Shown: positions 39,171 to 49,766 of the stretch, piece after piece | Layout of the letters: each line of letters opens with the position of its first letter | How positions within the stretch are numbered: the first letter of the stretch is position 1 | NCBI GenBank assembly: GCA_021156105.1 | Contig: JAJNBD010000002.1 | Span: 59,701 to 123,700 of the forward strand | Direction of reading: 5' to 3' | Length of the DNA stretch: 64,000 nt | Origin: Gammaproteobacteria bacterium | Lineage (GTDB): Bacteria > Pseudomonadota > Gammaproteobacteria > CAISUE01 | The notes under the pieces: model-generated | What the model was told of the DNA's origin: nothing | The model's database searches: none | Seen by the model: the letters and a program-made list of their open reading frames with translations, nothing else | Program-made: the position numbers and the translations under genes

Positions 39171-39599
39171 TTAATTATTTGAACTCACAATTGGGCAGTC
39201 TTTAAGATTATGAGCTGTGCTGGTGCATTTTAACCCAGGCAATTGCTGATGCCAATTTTTATTGCTGAGATCTACATAGTAATTAGGTGGCATGCCATCA
39301 ACTTGCCCTAAATTAATTTCATGATTAAGGTGATTTTTATCTAAATAACGATAGTTACAAGCCGTTAATAGAGACTTGGTTGGGGAAGACCATAATCCTA
39401 CTGCCCCTTGAAAAACTGGGGTGGTAGCTGGTTTGCTTTCAGCAGGGTCTAATGATTGCCAATTAACACTAGAAACAAAATGATGGGTTGTGGTATTTAA
39501 TGTAATAGTGGCTGGATTAGGGCAGGTGGTGATGGTATCGGCAAGTGCACTGCTGATGCTAATATAAGCCAGGGTTAACATAGTTATTTTTTTAAGCAT
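39171..39599 (-). CDS. secreted orphan protein (4 Cys)
   Basis: The ATG at 39599 has an AAGGA Shine-Dalgarno. Signal peptide MLKKITMLTLAYISISSALA. No recognisable motif. Confidence 0.55.
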   Translation of the reverse strand: MLKKITMLTLAYISISSALADTITTCPNPATITLNTTTHHFVSSVNWQSLDPAESKPATTPVFQGAVGLWSSPTKSLLTACNYRYLDKNHLNHEINLGQVDGMPPNYYVDLSNKNWHQQLPGLKCTSTAHNLKDCPIVSSNN

Positions 39600-39630
39600 A
39601 GTTTGAGTCCTTGTTATTCTCATAAAAATT

Positions 39631-40191
39631 ATGAAGCGGCATATTAACGTTGAATTAAATTCTGAGTCAAGCCTGCGTCTACCAGCAAAATTCTTTCAGC
39701 AAGAAGCGCTTGCGCTTGCGCCACAATTGCTAGGTAAGGTTTTAGTCCGCGCTTTTAGCGATGGAAAAATCCTACGACAAAAAGTTACCGAGCTTGAAGT
39801 CTATTATGGGGAAGAGGATTTGGCTTGCCATGCAAGCAAGGGACGCACACTACGTACTGAAGTTATGTATGCACCAGGAGGTTTGGTGTATGTTTATTTA
39901 ATTTATGGTATGTATTGGATGCTAAATATTGTGACTGGGCCCAAAGAGCATCCACAAGCCATTCTCATTCGTGGTCTTGAAGAGGTTTCGGGGCCAGGTC
40001 GAGTGGGAAAATTTTTACAGTTGGATAAAAGTTTTAATGGAGAGGATCTATCGAAAAGCCAGCGTTTATGGTTAGAAGATGCGCCAACCATTCCTTCTTC
40101 AGCGATTACCGCCACGCCAAGAATTGGTATTGATTATGCTCAGCATTGTAAGGAATATTTATGGCGATTTTTATGGCTACCAGACAAATAA
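39631..40191 (+). CDS. mpg: DNA-3-methyladenine glycosylase (Mpg/AAG family)
   Basis: LLGKVLVR, ELEVYYGEEDLACHA, GGLVYVYLIYGMYWMLNIV and ILIRGLE are the family pattern. Confidence 0.88.
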   Translation: MKRHINVELNSESSLRLPAKFFQQEALALAPQLLGKVLVRAFSDGKILRQKVTELEVYYGEEDLACHASKGRTLRTEVMYAPGGLVYVYLIYGMYWMLNIVTGPKEHPQAILIRGLEEVSGPGRVGKFLQLDKSFNGEDLSKSQRLWLEDAPTIPSSAITATPRIGIDYAQHCKEYLWRFLWLPDK

Positions 40192-40237
40192 CGCGGCGCG
40201 CTTTCTTTAAGAGATCGCGCGCCAGAAAAATCTTGTT

Positions 40238-40762
40238 TTAGGAGTTCTCAACAACTTTAGCCATGGCTAATGCGGCGAAAAACCAAGCAATGATCACATC
40301 TGCGATCTGTACCAAGGTAAAACTTAAAGAAAACCCAAACCAATTCCAGTAAGGAATTTCGCTTAAAATTGCTGCTGCTAGCGCAAAAACCAAGGTGAAT
40401 CTTACGCGTCCCCAGTAAGTTAATCCCTTGGTTTTGCAAAGTAACCAAGTGACGAGAAATGCGGTTACAATTTGAACAATAAGCCCCGTAATAATAGCGG
40501 ATGTCATGTTGGTAGGCATGCTCTCTAAATGAATGGCAGCAAAAATTTGGGGCACTGTTTGGTTGGTAGTGGTCTGCTGCATCGGCATGAGATACACGCC
40601 AGAAGTAGGAGCATTAGCGGTAATGGCTTGCGCAATGGCGCTTTCATTTTTAAAGGACAAGAGTGTTGTCGTGTGCCATGGTAATAGCATCCATGAAAGG
40701 CTATACCAAAGAAAAGAAATAATGCCGCCTAAGATTCCACCTTTGAGAACTGTTTTGCACAT
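40238..40762 (-). CDS. orphan integral membrane protein
   Basis: 174 aa with 4 predicted TM helices. No recognisable motif. Confidence 0.55.
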   Translation of the reverse strand: MCKTVLKGGILGGIISFLWYSLSWMLLPWHTTTLLSFKNESAIAQAITANAPTSGVYLMPMQQTTTNQTVPQIFAAIHLESMPTNMTSAIITGLIVQIVTAFLVTWLLCKTKGLTYWGRVRFTLVFALAAAILSEIPYWNWFGFSLSFTLVQIADVIIAWFFAALAMAKVVENS

Positions 40763-40873
40763 AAGTTATATTCCTTATAAAATTGTTTTAAAGATTACCT
40801 TAAAAAAGGTATAAAAGGATCATTTCATAAAACAGCTTTTCAATCAACTTGCAAGTTTGCTTGCCAATAAATT

Positions 40874-41689
40874 ATGCCAAAATTACCAGAAGTTGAAACA
40901 ACGCGCCAAGGAATTTTGCCGCACTTGCTTAAGCAGACAGTAACGCGTGTTATTGTTCGTCAGCCAAGCTTGCGCTGGCCTGTGCCAGAACGGTTAAGTA
41001 AAATTCTTAAAGGCGAAGCGCTGCAAGATATTCAGCGCCGTGGGAAATACTTGTTGTTATATTTTTCTTGTGGTTGCTTGATTCTGCATTTAGGTATGTC
41101 AGGAAAGCTGCGTGTTTTGTCGCAGGCGGTAGCTCCTAGTAAACATGATCACTGCGATATTATTTTTGCCAATGGTGTAGTCTTGCGCTTTAATGACCCC
41201 CGTCGATTTGGCGCTATTTTGTGGACAGAAGATGATCCACTACAGCATCCTCTTTTAGTAAATTTAGGCGTTGAGCCTTTGCTAAATGGTTTTACATCAA
41301 GTTACTTATACCGTATGACGCGTGGCAAAAAAGTTGCGATTAAGCAGCTTATCATGGATGCCAAAATAGTTGTTGGCGTGGGGAATATTTATGCTAACGA
41401 AGCTTTATTTCTTTCCCATCTTTTGCCTGAAAGGCCAGCAAATTCTTTGACACAAAAAGAAGCTGGTGCATTGGTGGCGAACATTAAAAAAGTTCTGCGG
41501 CAAGCAATTAAAGTTGGGGGAACAACCTTAAAGGATTTTTTAAGCGCCGATGGCAAGCCTGGGTATTTTGCGCAACAATTAAAAGTTTATGGACGAGAGG
41601 GCTTGCCTTGCTATATTTGTCAGCAGCGCATTGCTCAAACGCGTCAAGGTCAACGGAGTACCTATTTTTGTATAAAATGCCAGCAATAA
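40874..41689 (+). CDS. mutM: formamidopyrimidine-DNA glycosylase
   Basis: N-terminal MPKLPEVET, H2TH region, and C-terminal zinc finger CYICQQ ... YFCIKCQ. Confidence 0.95.
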   Translation: MPKLPEVETTRQGILPHLLKQTVTRVIVRQPSLRWPVPERLSKILKGEALQDIQRRGKYLLLYFSCGCLILHLGMSGKLRVLSQAVAPSKHDHCDIIFANGVVLRFNDPRRFGAILWTEDDPLQHPLLVNLGVEPLLNGFTSSYLYRMTRGKKVAIKQLIMDAKIVVGVGNIYANEALFLSHLLPERPANSLTQKEAGALVANIKKVLRQAIKVGGTTLKDFLSADGKPGYFAQQLKVYGREGLPCYICQQRIAQTRQGQRSTYFCIKCQQ

Positions 41690-41810
41690 AGAGCGGTCAT
41701 ACAATTCATTGCTAATTTTACAATTCTCTTTGGAAGATAAATCAAACACAAGATTCTCGGCATGATTTATGCTTATGAATCTGAGTCCCTTAATAATATA
41801 AAAGCGAGAA

Positions 41811-42992
41811 GTGATTATGCCGCCAAAACGTGCTAAAGGTTTTAATAGTCATGCAGAAAAAAGTCAGCCACGTGCCGAAACTGTTATAGAACCAGTTGTT
41901 GCAAAAGAGCCGCCGATAGTTGCGCCTGCTGCATTAGAAAAGACGCAACAGCCAAGTGCGGTTGCTACAGATCTAGTTCCTTGGGAAAGAGAAGTATTCA
42001 TATCTACAGTGCCATCACTTGAAGAGGCAAGGCTAGATGAACAGCTTGCAGAACCCGCGCCAAAGCTTTCTCCCAGGCTTACTCCTTTTCAAGAAGAGCC
42101 GCCACTTTTTAAGTTAAATTTGAAACTGCCTTACTTGCAATATCTCACCGTTTATCTTTTACATATTGGCTATCAACTTTATGATCAAAGTTATGTGCCT
42201 AAATTAGACCCAGACTTACGCAGAACAAAATTAGCCATTGCTTATGACTTTGTGCAAAAGGCAAATACAATGGATGTGCCAGACTTGGAGTGGTATTTAA
42301 CGGAACTGCAAAAATTAAATAGTAGCTCTATGACTGAAGCGGTTAGAGCGAGTAATAAAAGCCAAGCAGGCCTGGGAGAATTTGGCGCATTCTTTTCTAA
42401 TCTTGTCGTACAAATTTTTGGTTTCATCCGTGGTAATGCAAGAGAAAATTTTTTACAAAGTCTTCTTGATAAAACAGCAGAAGAAGTTCAACAACACCCG
42501 CTGTTTTTAATGATTGATTATCTTTGTCGAATTTATTTATTTCCCCATGAACTGCTTAGCCATGAGAGTAGTGTTGTTTATAAAACTTTAAATCGAATGT
42601 TAGGCGATAATGGAGAAAAATTTGAATTAAAAAAACAAGCGATATTAAAAATTATTGAACATAATCTTCAAGCCAAAGAACATCCAGCTCCAGCTGAATG
42701 GTGGTTTGAGCAAATTAATCGTGCTTTACATGAGTTAAATCAGATTAATAATGAAATTGAAGCTTCACATTCGACGGTTGTGCAATCCACTTTTAAAGTA
42801 ATGGGCGGAGCTGTAAGTGCCATTGCTTCTGTTTTTTGGAAAAAACCTCAAAAAGAACAGCTTCAAGAAGAACAAACCTTGGCTGGTTATAAGCTGCCTT
42901 CATTAAAAGAGGTGATTGAACAAACAAAAATAGCGCTTGATCAAATAGAGCCGGCGGTGATTGTTCAAGCGCAAGAGGCATGCCGCATATAA
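41811..42992 (+). CDS. orphan protein with a disordered N-terminus
   Basis: 393 aa (GTG at 41811 or ATG at 41817). The first 100 aa are Pro/Glu/Ala-rich and the rest is helical. No recognisable motif. Confidence 0.6.
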   Translation: MIMPPKRAKGFNSHAEKSQPRAETVIEPVVAKEPPIVAPAALEKTQQPSAVATDLVPWEREVFISTVPSLEEARLDEQLAEPAPKLSPRLTPFQEEPPLFKLNLKLPYLQYLTVYLLHIGYQLYDQSYVPKLDPDLRRTKLAIAYDFVQKANTMDVPDLEWYLTELQKLNSSSMTEAVRASNKSQAGLGEFGAFFSNLVVQIFGFIRGNARENFLQSLLDKTAEEVQQHPLFLMIDYLCRIYLFPHELLSHESSVVYKTLNRMLGDNGEKFELKKQAILKIIEHNLQAKEHPAPAEWWFEQINRALHELNQINNEIEASHSTVVQSTFKVMGGAVSAIASVFWKKPQKEQLQEEQTLAGYKLPSLKEVIEQTKIALDQIEPAVIVQAQEACRI

Positions 42993-42995
42993 GCT

Positions 42996-43151
42996 TTATA
43001 TCCTGCCCGTTAAGCTCAAAATTAAAAGGATGATCAATAGCAAGCCTACGCCGCCACTTGGCCAATAACCCCAAGTGCGGCTATAGGGCCAGGTTGGAAC
43101 AACACCTAATAATAGCAAGATGAGAATAATTAATAAGATCGTATGTAACAT
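42996..43151 (-). CDS. DUF3309-like small membrane protein
   Basis: MLHTILLIILILLLLGVVPTWPYSRTWGYWPSGGVGLLLIILLILSLTGRI from the ATG at 43151, with a GGAGAA Shine-Dalgarno. The PxWPYSRxWGY core is characteristic. Confidence 0.7.
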   Translation of the reverse strand: MLHTILLIILILLLLGVVPTWPYSRTWGYWPSGGVGLLLIILLILSLTGRI

Positions 43152-43237
43152 AACTTTCTCCTTAAAGCGAATACTTTTAAAGATGCACGTTTGATGCCAG
43201 TGGCTTTGGTATAACAATTGCTTCATTTATAAGTATT

Positions 43238-44293
43238 ATGAAAACACGCTATTTTATTTTTATTATTTTTTTATTTTTAATTATTCTCCGTTTGCTTTTG
43301 CCATATGCAATTCTGCATTATGCAGAATATCGGATTAATAAAATCCCTGAATATCACGCTAGTATTAAAGATGTTGATGTGGGTATATTAAGCGGTAGCT
43401 ATCGGATAAAAAATATTACGCTAAATAAAGTTTCTCAGCATATTCCTGTGCCGTTTTTTTCAGCGAAATCTATTTTGCTTAAAATACAATGGAAGGCTTT
43501 GTTGCATGGACTATTTGTGGCAGAGATACAATTTGATGAGCCTCAAGTTAATTTTGTGATTGATCCTAAGGGAAAAGCTGAGCAGTTAACTATTGACCAA
43601 GAATGGCAAAATGCAGTAAAAGCATTGTTTCCACTTAATTTTAATGAAATTATTATTCATCATGGTAGTTTGCATTTTCAAAGTTTTACAAGCTCGCCAC
43701 CGTTTGATTTATTTTTAAAAAATATTGAGGCGACTGTCACGAATTTAGAAGATAGGTCAAGGAGCCAGAAAGAAGGATTGTCCTCATCGCTGCTGGCTAA
43801 TGCCAATACGATGGATGGTGCGCCAGTGAAGCTGGAAATTTATTTTGATCCTTTTGCTAAGCAGCCCACCTTTAAACTAAATGCAAGTTTAGAAAAAATG
43901 TCGATTAAAGACACCAATAATTTTTTGCAGCACTATACTAAAATCAAAGTACAGCAAGGAAGGTTTAGTTTGTTTGTTGAAGCAGCAGCGGCGAACGGTA
44001 AAGTGAAAGGTTATGCAAAACCCATTTTTAAAAATTTATCTATTGTTGAGCCTAAAAGTGACAATCCCGTTGAGGCTTTGTATAAAGGTGCTGTAAAAGT
44101 TGTTACTAAAATTTTGGAAAATCCTTCGACAAAAACTGTTGCAACTAAAATAGAAGTGGCCGGTGATGTAGAAGATCCAAACGTGAGTTTGTTATCTGCC
44201 ATCGCTAATATTCTACGCCATGCATTTTTACAAGCGCTACTGCCTCAAATCGATCACACCGTTGATATCGGTGATGTCATTTCACCCACTTAA
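43238..44293 (+). CDS. DUF748-like (AsmA-related) membrane-anchored protein
   Basis: 351 aa with an N-terminal TM. The pattern LLPYAILHYAEYRINKIPEYHASIKDVDV ... LLHGLFVAEI resembles DUF748 proteins as I remember them. Confidence 0.6.
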   Translation: MKTRYFIFIIFLFLIILRLLLPYAILHYAEYRINKIPEYHASIKDVDVGILSGSYRIKNITLNKVSQHIPVPFFSAKSILLKIQWKALLHGLFVAEIQFDEPQVNFVIDPKGKAEQLTIDQEWQNAVKALFPLNFNEIIIHHGSLHFQSFTSSPPFDLFLKNIEATVTNLEDRSRSQKEGLSSSLLANANTMDGAPVKLEIYFDPFAKQPTFKLNASLEKMSIKDTNNFLQHYTKIKVQQGRFSLFVEAAAANGKVKGYAKPIFKNLSIVEPKSDNPVEALYKGAVKVVTKILENPSTKTVATKIEVAGDVEDPNVSLLSAIANILRHAFLQALLPQIDHTVDIGDVISPT

Positions 44294-44304
44294 TGATTAA
44301 TTTC

Positions 44305-44862
44305 CTAAAGTGATGAATGCCGTAATTCATAAGTTAATTGTGCTAATCCATTGATGTAAATGTTAGAGGATACTAGTTGACACCATGACTCATGAAGGAG
44401 ATTGCTAAAAAGTGGTATGCCAGATCCGAGGATAACAGGTATGCGGGAAATAGTCATGCTATCGATGAAGCCTGCATTGAAAAATTGACTAATAGTAATA
44501 CCACCATCTGCATAAATATGTTTTACATTCTCAGTATGGAGTTTTTTAATCAAATGAACGATATCTCCTGCAAATAATTCTGCTTGTTTACAGACAGATC
44601 TGAGTGTAGAGCTAAGCACAATAACTCGTTTTCCTTGGTAAGGCCATTCATCTACGCTAGATGCAATTTTATAGGTATTTTTTCCCATGACCAGCGTATC
44701 AACGCTCGCCATAAATTTCTGATATCCGTAGTCTTCATTTTGATTGTCAGGTGGAGGTTTAAATCTTTCTAACCAGTCAAGACTATGATCTTTTTTTGCA
44801 ATAAAGCCATCGATGCTGGTTGCGATATATATTGATACTTTGGGTCTTTGCAGATTGGGCAT
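44305..44862 (-). CDS. dihydrofolate reductase family protein (RibD C-terminal domain)
   Basis: YIATSIDGFIAKKDHSLDWL, VMGKNTY, and ADGGITISQFF ... D ... ISRIPVILGSGIPLF. Confidence 0.8.
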   Translation of the reverse strand: MPNLQRPKVSIYIATSIDGFIAKKDHSLDWLERFKPPPDNQNEDYGYQKFMASVDTLVMGKNTYKIASSVDEWPYQGKRVIVLSSTLRSVCKQAELFAGDIVHLIKKLHTENVKHIYADGGITISQFFNAGFIDSMTISRIPVILGSGIPLFSNLLHESWCQLVSSNIYINGLAQLTYELRHSSL

Positions 44863-45071
44863 ATCATTAATCCTATTTGATTAACGTAAAGCAATTTTTA
44901 CGCCATGATAGTAATCTCATTATCAGCTTGTGTTAGCTTTAAGATGAGGTAAGATCTAGGAATGGGTAAAGAGGAACCAAATTGCAAGCCTGAAAATAAT
45001 GCGGCTTTTGTAGTGTTATGAGAGGCGATAGCCCAAGGTTAAGGCATTGCTTAACCTTGGGTGGAAAAGCT

Positions 45072-45449
45072 TTAATTCTTATTTGCAGAAGAAGCGTTGT
45101 CTGTTACTTTTATAGTGCCTGTCATATTTGGATGATAAGAGCATCTGTAGTGATAAGTGCCGGCTTTTGTAAATGTATAACTTGCAGAACCATTTTGCTC
45201 TATGTCTTTTGACTTAAATTTTGCGGGCGCCTTTGCGGTAAATTCTACATTATGAGTTACGCTATCGCCATTGGCCCAAGTGACAGTGTTACCCACAGCA
45301 ACATTAGTGGTTTCTGGGATAAAAGCAAAATCTTGGATAGTAACGGTATGTGGTGCTGTAGTTAAGTTATCTGTTTGTGCAAAGCTGGTATTCACTAATA
45401 TTGCTGAACCAAGCAAGGCTGCTGTTGCAAAGCTGGTGTAAAATTTCAT
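45072..45449 (-). CDS. blue-copper (cupredoxin/plastocyanin-like) protein
   Basis: Signal peptide, then the copper ligands HNV ... C-SY-H-PN-M (C-x2-H-x2-M). The start is at 45449 with an AGGGAG Shine-Dalgarno. Confidence 0.85.
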   Translation of the reverse strand: MKFYTSFATAALLGSAILVNTSFAQTDNLTTAPHTVTIQDFAFIPETTNVAVGNTVTWANGDSVTHNVEFTAKAPAKFKSKDIEQNGSASYTFTKAGTYHYRCSYHPNMTGTIKVTDNASSANKN

Positions 45450-45528
45450 GATTATCTCCCTAAGAATCAAGGATGTTTTCTGATAAAATATAGTGCGTTT
45501 TTTTTACAAGTTCTCAAGATAAAAAATT

Positions 45529-45552
45529 AGTGGGATCAGCGCTGATCCCACT
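45529..45552 (-). terminator. rho-independent terminator after the 45564..46220 gene
   Basis: AGTGGGATCAGC/GCTGATCCCACT, a perfect palindrome flanked by A6 and T6 runs. Confidence 0.75.
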
Positions 45553-45563
45553 TTTTTCTATCA

Positions 45564-46220
45564 TTAATGAGAGTATTTTAAAGCTTCTTGAACCCAGGTT
45601 GTGGCTAATTGGCCAAAGGAATCAGAAATATCCGCTTGTTTACTTAATTTTTCCCCGTCAATCGTAGTGACGACTTCTTTTAACAGTACACCTGTTTGGC
45701 TGTCAGTGAATTTTAATTCAACGACTAATGCAGGCTTCTTACTTTCATTGCCAGTTGCCATGGAAGCTAATTTAATGGCAGCAGAGATGGGTATAAGATT
45801 GCGCGGTTTGAAACCTTCTGATTCAAGGCTAGCGCCCGTAATGGCAGTTTGAAGACGTAGCACGCCTGGGCCTGGCTCATTGGTGATTTTAAGTTTTTGG
45901 CTCACAATTTGTTGAAGTCCCGTATTAATAACATTGCGGGCTTTTTCAATTTGTTGATCAGAAACGCTACCTTTAGAAGCTGTTTGAGCTAGCAATACAG
46001 GGTCAACGATAGCGGCGCTATAGTCGCTACGGCTAAAGTTAGGATTTTTATAAGTATAAATCTTCGTTCCTTCAGGACTGGAAACTTCTTTTAACAAGCT
46101 ATAGTTCGGCAAAAACGTTGACTGCGGTGCGGCGGTTTGGCTTTTCGTTGATGTACAGCCTGCGATAACGATGGTAAAGGCAATTCCTACGGCTAAAGTT
46201 TTATTGAATAGTTTATGCAT
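45564..46220 (-). CDS. lipoprotein, DUF3313-like
   Basis: Lipobox IAGC. 218 aa. The family assignment is from memory only. Confidence 0.55.
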   Translation of the reverse strand: MHKLFNKTLAVGIAFTIVIAGCTSTKSQTAAPQSTFLPNYSLLKEVSSPEGTKIYTYKNPNFSRSDYSAAIVDPVLLAQTASKGSVSDQQIEKARNVINTGLQQIVSQKLKITNEPGPGVLRLQTAITGASLESEGFKPRNLIPISAAIKLASMATGNESKKPALVVELKFTDSQTGVLLKEVVTTIDGEKLSKQADISDSFGQLATTWVQEALKYSH

Positions 46221-46302
46221 AACATATCCTTGTTAAGGTTGATTTAAAATAAGAGTTGCTTCATTGTAACAGAAGCTTGGATTGAGGTGGGTTTACGGAA
46301 GG

Positions 46303-46331
46303 GCCATATACTTTTTGCGGTAGTATATGGC
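46303..46331 (-). terminator. hairpin downstream of the OMP gene
   Basis: GCCATATACT-ttttgcggt-AGTATATGGC. Confidence 0.45.
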
Positions 46332-46379
46332 TGTCACTAAAACAATCACCTCAACATTTTCAACGGCTTAACCCAATAT

Positions 46380-47264
46380 TTACATTACAAATGCTTTATT
46401 GATTGATAATGTAACGCCTTGGGAAATAATGCGCTGATTGGCGCTGCCATAGAGCATACCCGTATCTGTATAAGTACTAAAAGCACTAGCATAAGATGAG
46501 GTATAGTTAGTTGTATAATGTTTAGTTATGGTGTAGGTATAATCCATATCTAAAAACCAAGTGGGATCGATATAATAACTCATACCGATTTGTGCTGCGC
46601 CACCCCACATCCATTTTGAGCTAGAAAAATTCTGTGGTGTTCCTGAAATATCATAGTGTACGCCATTAACATCAGCATAACCTGTAACATCATAAATATT
46701 AGTCTTTGTCTCGAATAAGGCAGGACCCGCGCCAAAATAAATATAACTATTTTTAAATCCATGTCCAATCAAAGGCATTAAAGCCAGCTCATGGTTAATG
46801 CTGGTTTGAGTTGATCCAATGGTGGCATGTCCGGTAAAAGTATCGCTGCCACTCACATTTGTTAGTGTGCCAAATTGTGGAACAACAAGATTTGGATCGG
46901 TTACCGTTGCATCTAAATGTTGGTAAATAAATTTAACGCCCCATAAAGTATTGCTATTGGTAAGAAATTTATAGTAACCCAGTTGCACGTTAGGTGCAAA
47001 GGTATTTTGTGTGGTATTAAAAGGATCGGCAGGACCGGTTGCTTCCCCATAAGAAACTAATGTTGGACCACTATAGACATTTGAGGTTCCTGTAAGGTCA
47101 AGCGTTTGATCAAAGTTAACAGAGTTGTAACCCCCACCTAAACCAACAAAAAAGCCTGATTTCAGTAGGTTAGAGTCAGCGGAAGATTCTGCACTTTCGG
47201 CAAATGTAAATAGTGGAAAAGTGGTTAAGCACAGTGCGATACATATAGTTGATTTTTTAATCAT
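46380..47264 (-). CDS. outer-membrane beta-barrel protein (porin-like)
   Basis: Signal peptide ...FTFA, alternating aromatic/Gly-rich beta-strand pattern, and an aromatic-containing C-terminus (KAFVM). Confidence 0.7.
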   Translation of the reverse strand: MIKKSTICIALCLTTFPLFTFAESAESSADSNLLKSGFFVGLGGGYNSVNFDQTLDLTGTSNVYSGPTLVSYGEATGPADPFNTTQNTFAPNVQLGYYKFLTNSNTLWGVKFIYQHLDATVTDPNLVVPQFGTLTNVSGSDTFTGHATIGSTQTSINHELALMPLIGHGFKNSYIYFGAGPALFETKTNIYDVTGYADVNGVHYDISGTPQNFSSSKWMWGGAAQIGMSYYIDPTWFLDMDYTYTITKHYTTNYTSSYASAFSTYTDTGMLYGSANQRIISQGVTLSINKAFVM

Positions 47265-47547
47265 GGGAGCCTCTCCGTAGGCGTAAGGGATAACGTTAGA
47301 GTAAGTAAAGACTGAGTTCCTTTTTTAAAGGATTCAGGACGAGAGCTTGGAAGTAATGAATCAGATTTGAATGGTTGATTACGGCAAAGCAATAGCCAGC
47401 TTTTGATTATAGAGTAGAAGTTCCTGAGTAACAAGGGTTATTATTTTTTAGTTTGAAACGCATATCAAAAACAATTAAAAAACTTTGCGTATGTTGATTC
47501 TAAGCAAATTCATTTTAACTTAGGCTTAAGTTTTAATGATTAGAGGT

Positions 47548-48960
47548 TTAGCTTAATTTTTTTACATTAACTTTGCGACCTTTTAGCTTGCCATTTTTAA
47601 AATAATTAAAAGCTATTTCTGCTTGGCTTCGGTGCACGGCAACATAAGAGCAAAGCGCGGCGATATCAATTTTCCCAACCATTTCTCCGGCTAATTTGGC
47701 ATCTTTAGTGAGCGCGCCTAATATATCACTTGGCCGGATTTTATCTTTTCGTCCAGCATTTAACCATAACGTGATCATTTCTGGAGATAAAGCAGGGTTG
47801 TGTGTTGCATTCAAGTCGCTGGGTTTTCCCCAGTTAATGGCATGTCCTAGACCTTCTTCAATCGCGCAAAGTCTTTGTCCATCTGCGCCTGTGGTTAAGC
47901 TGAGTGCCAAGCCCTTACTGCCAGCGCGTCCAGTGCGACCGATGCGATGAATATGTACGTCGTGCTCAAATGCCAAATCAAAATTAATCACTGCGGGTAG
48001 TTCTTTAATATCTAAGCCACGTGCTGCAACATCTGTGGCAACTAAAATAGCACAGCTTTGATTTTTAAAACGGATGATCGCAGCATCACGTTCAATTTGT
48101 TCCATATCACCATTTAATGCTGTGGCGCTAAAGCCATCTTTTGCTAGCAGAGCAGCTAGTTGTGTGGTTTGTTCTTTAGTGTTACAAAAAATAAGTGTTG
48201 AAGTAGGCTGGTAATGTCTTAATAAGGATTTTAATAAAGGCAATTTATCTGCTTGCCGGTTTACTTTATAAAAAATTTGCTCAATATTTAATTCTGTATG
48301 TGTTTCTTCTGCAATTACTCTTTGAGGATTTTGCATAAACTCACTCGCGAGTTTTTTGATGCCGGCAGGATAAGTGGCAGAAAACAAAAGCGTTTGCCGT
48401 TGTTTGGGGCAAAGCTTAATGATGTCACTGATCGCGTCAAAAAATCCCATGTCTAGCATGCGGTCTGCTTCATCTAAAACCAAAATTTGTAGCTTATTAA
48501 GTGATAAAGTTTGTTTGTCCAAATGTTTTTGTACGCGGCCTGGCGTGCCCACAATAATGTGCGCGTCGTGCTTTAGAGAATCTAATTGAAATTTCATCGG
48601 CATGCCGCCTGATAAATTAAGCACTTTAACATTAGGCATGAGACGAGCTAACTGGCGCAATGCTTGGCTAACTTGTTCTGCTAACTCTCGCGTAGGGCAT
48701 AAGACTAATGCTTGTACGGCATGATTTTCTACCCTTAAACGATTTAATAAAGCAAGTCCAAACGCTGCGGTTTTACCGCTGCCTGTTTTAGCTTGAGCAA
48801 TTACATCATCACCCTTTAGCATCATAGGTAGACTTTCTGCTTGAATAGGCGTCATTGTGTTATAGCCTAAGGAAGTAAGGTTATTGATTAACGCTTCTCG
48901 CAAGGCTAAAGTTGAAAAGGATGATTCAGTTGCGGTGCTGCTGGATTCAGTAAGCTTCAT
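47548..48960 (-). CDS. dbpA: ATP-dependent DEAD-box RNA helicase DbpA
   Basis: Q motif, AKTGSGKT, DEAD, SAT, HRIGRTGRAG, and the DbpA-type C-terminal RNA-binding domain (GRKDKIRPSDILGAL ... KLKGRKV). The ATG at 48960 is preferred. Confidence 0.92.
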   Translation of the reverse strand: MKLTESSSTATESSFSTLALREALINNLTSLGYNTMTPIQAESLPMMLKGDDVIAQAKTGSGKTAAFGLALLNRLRVENHAVQALVLCPTRELAEQVSQALRQLARLMPNVKVLNLSGGMPMKFQLDSLKHDAHIIVGTPGRVQKHLDKQTLSLNKLQILVLDEADRMLDMGFFDAISDIIKLCPKQRQTLLFSATYPAGIKKLASEFMQNPQRVIAEETHTELNIEQIFYKVNRQADKLPLLKSLLRHYQPTSTLIFCNTKEQTTQLAALLAKDGFSATALNGDMEQIERDAAIIRFKNQSCAILVATDVAARGLDIKELPAVINFDLAFEHDVHIHRIGRTGRAGSKGLALSLTTGADGQRLCAIEEGLGHAINWGKPSDLNATHNPALSPEMITLWLNAGRKDKIRPSDILGALTKDAKLAGEMVGKIDIAALCSYVAVHRSQAEIAFNYFKNGKLKGRKVNVKKLS

Positions 48961-49144
48961 GTCGGTGTAGTGCTCGTCGAGTGACCAAATAAAGATGTAG
49001 CCTAGCACTTTCTAGGACAGATATAAACCCTATTTCTGAATTGAAAGAAAAATGCAAAAGCTCCGCTATAAATCAAATGGTGTCTCTTTGTTTCTGTAAG
49101 TGTGCTTATGCGATGTTCTGAAGTAATTATCTTATTGCCGTAGC

Positions 49145-49366
49145 TCAAGAGCTAGAGATTTCTTTTTGGACTGCCTCCTCTAATTTCTGCTGAGATAAAA
49201 CTTGCCATCCTGCAGGAATATTAATAGTTAACCCAAGCTGACTATAAATATACTGATTATCAACAATTTTACCTGGTGCAATAAAGTCAGCAAAACAAAC
49301 ATTTGCAATTCCCCAAAACAAGTATAAGCACAAACAGTAGCCGAAAATAATTTTTCCTGTTTTCAT
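49145..49366 (-). CDS. short signal-peptide ORF, probably a truncated remnant
   Basis: 73 aa: a signal-like N-terminus followed by only about 45 residues. It is surrounded by non-coding debris. Confidence 0.3.
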   Translation of the reverse strand: MKTGKIIFGYCLCLYLFWGIANVCFADFIAPGKIVDNQYIYSQLGLTINIPAGWQVLSQQKLEEAVQKEISSS

Positions 49367-49766
49367 AAAGAGCTTTTTTGAAATTGCTATGCATTAATCA
49401 TATTATTACCTAGCTGGCTATGTTACCGAATCACTATCCTGGCCTGTAGATTTCATAAATAAAAAAGGGAAGTTCTCTTGAAGCCCATAGAGTTATGTTT
49501 CTGAACCTTTTGAAATCAACGCAACTCCAGATGGCTGGGGCGGGTATTCACAACAAAATTTAGCCTGTGGCAGCCTGTATGCGAGTGAGAATGATGAATG
49601 TTTTACAAAAAAGGTCAGTGCTGTGGTCCGAATGCTAGATTAGCAATTAAAGAAATTGTTTTTAGTTGTGAGATGCGTGAACAGCGATTTTTTGTTGCTC
49701 AAAAAAATGGAGAAAGCATGAAGATTGTACGGATATAAATTTAAGAAATAGATTTCTCTAAGTAAT

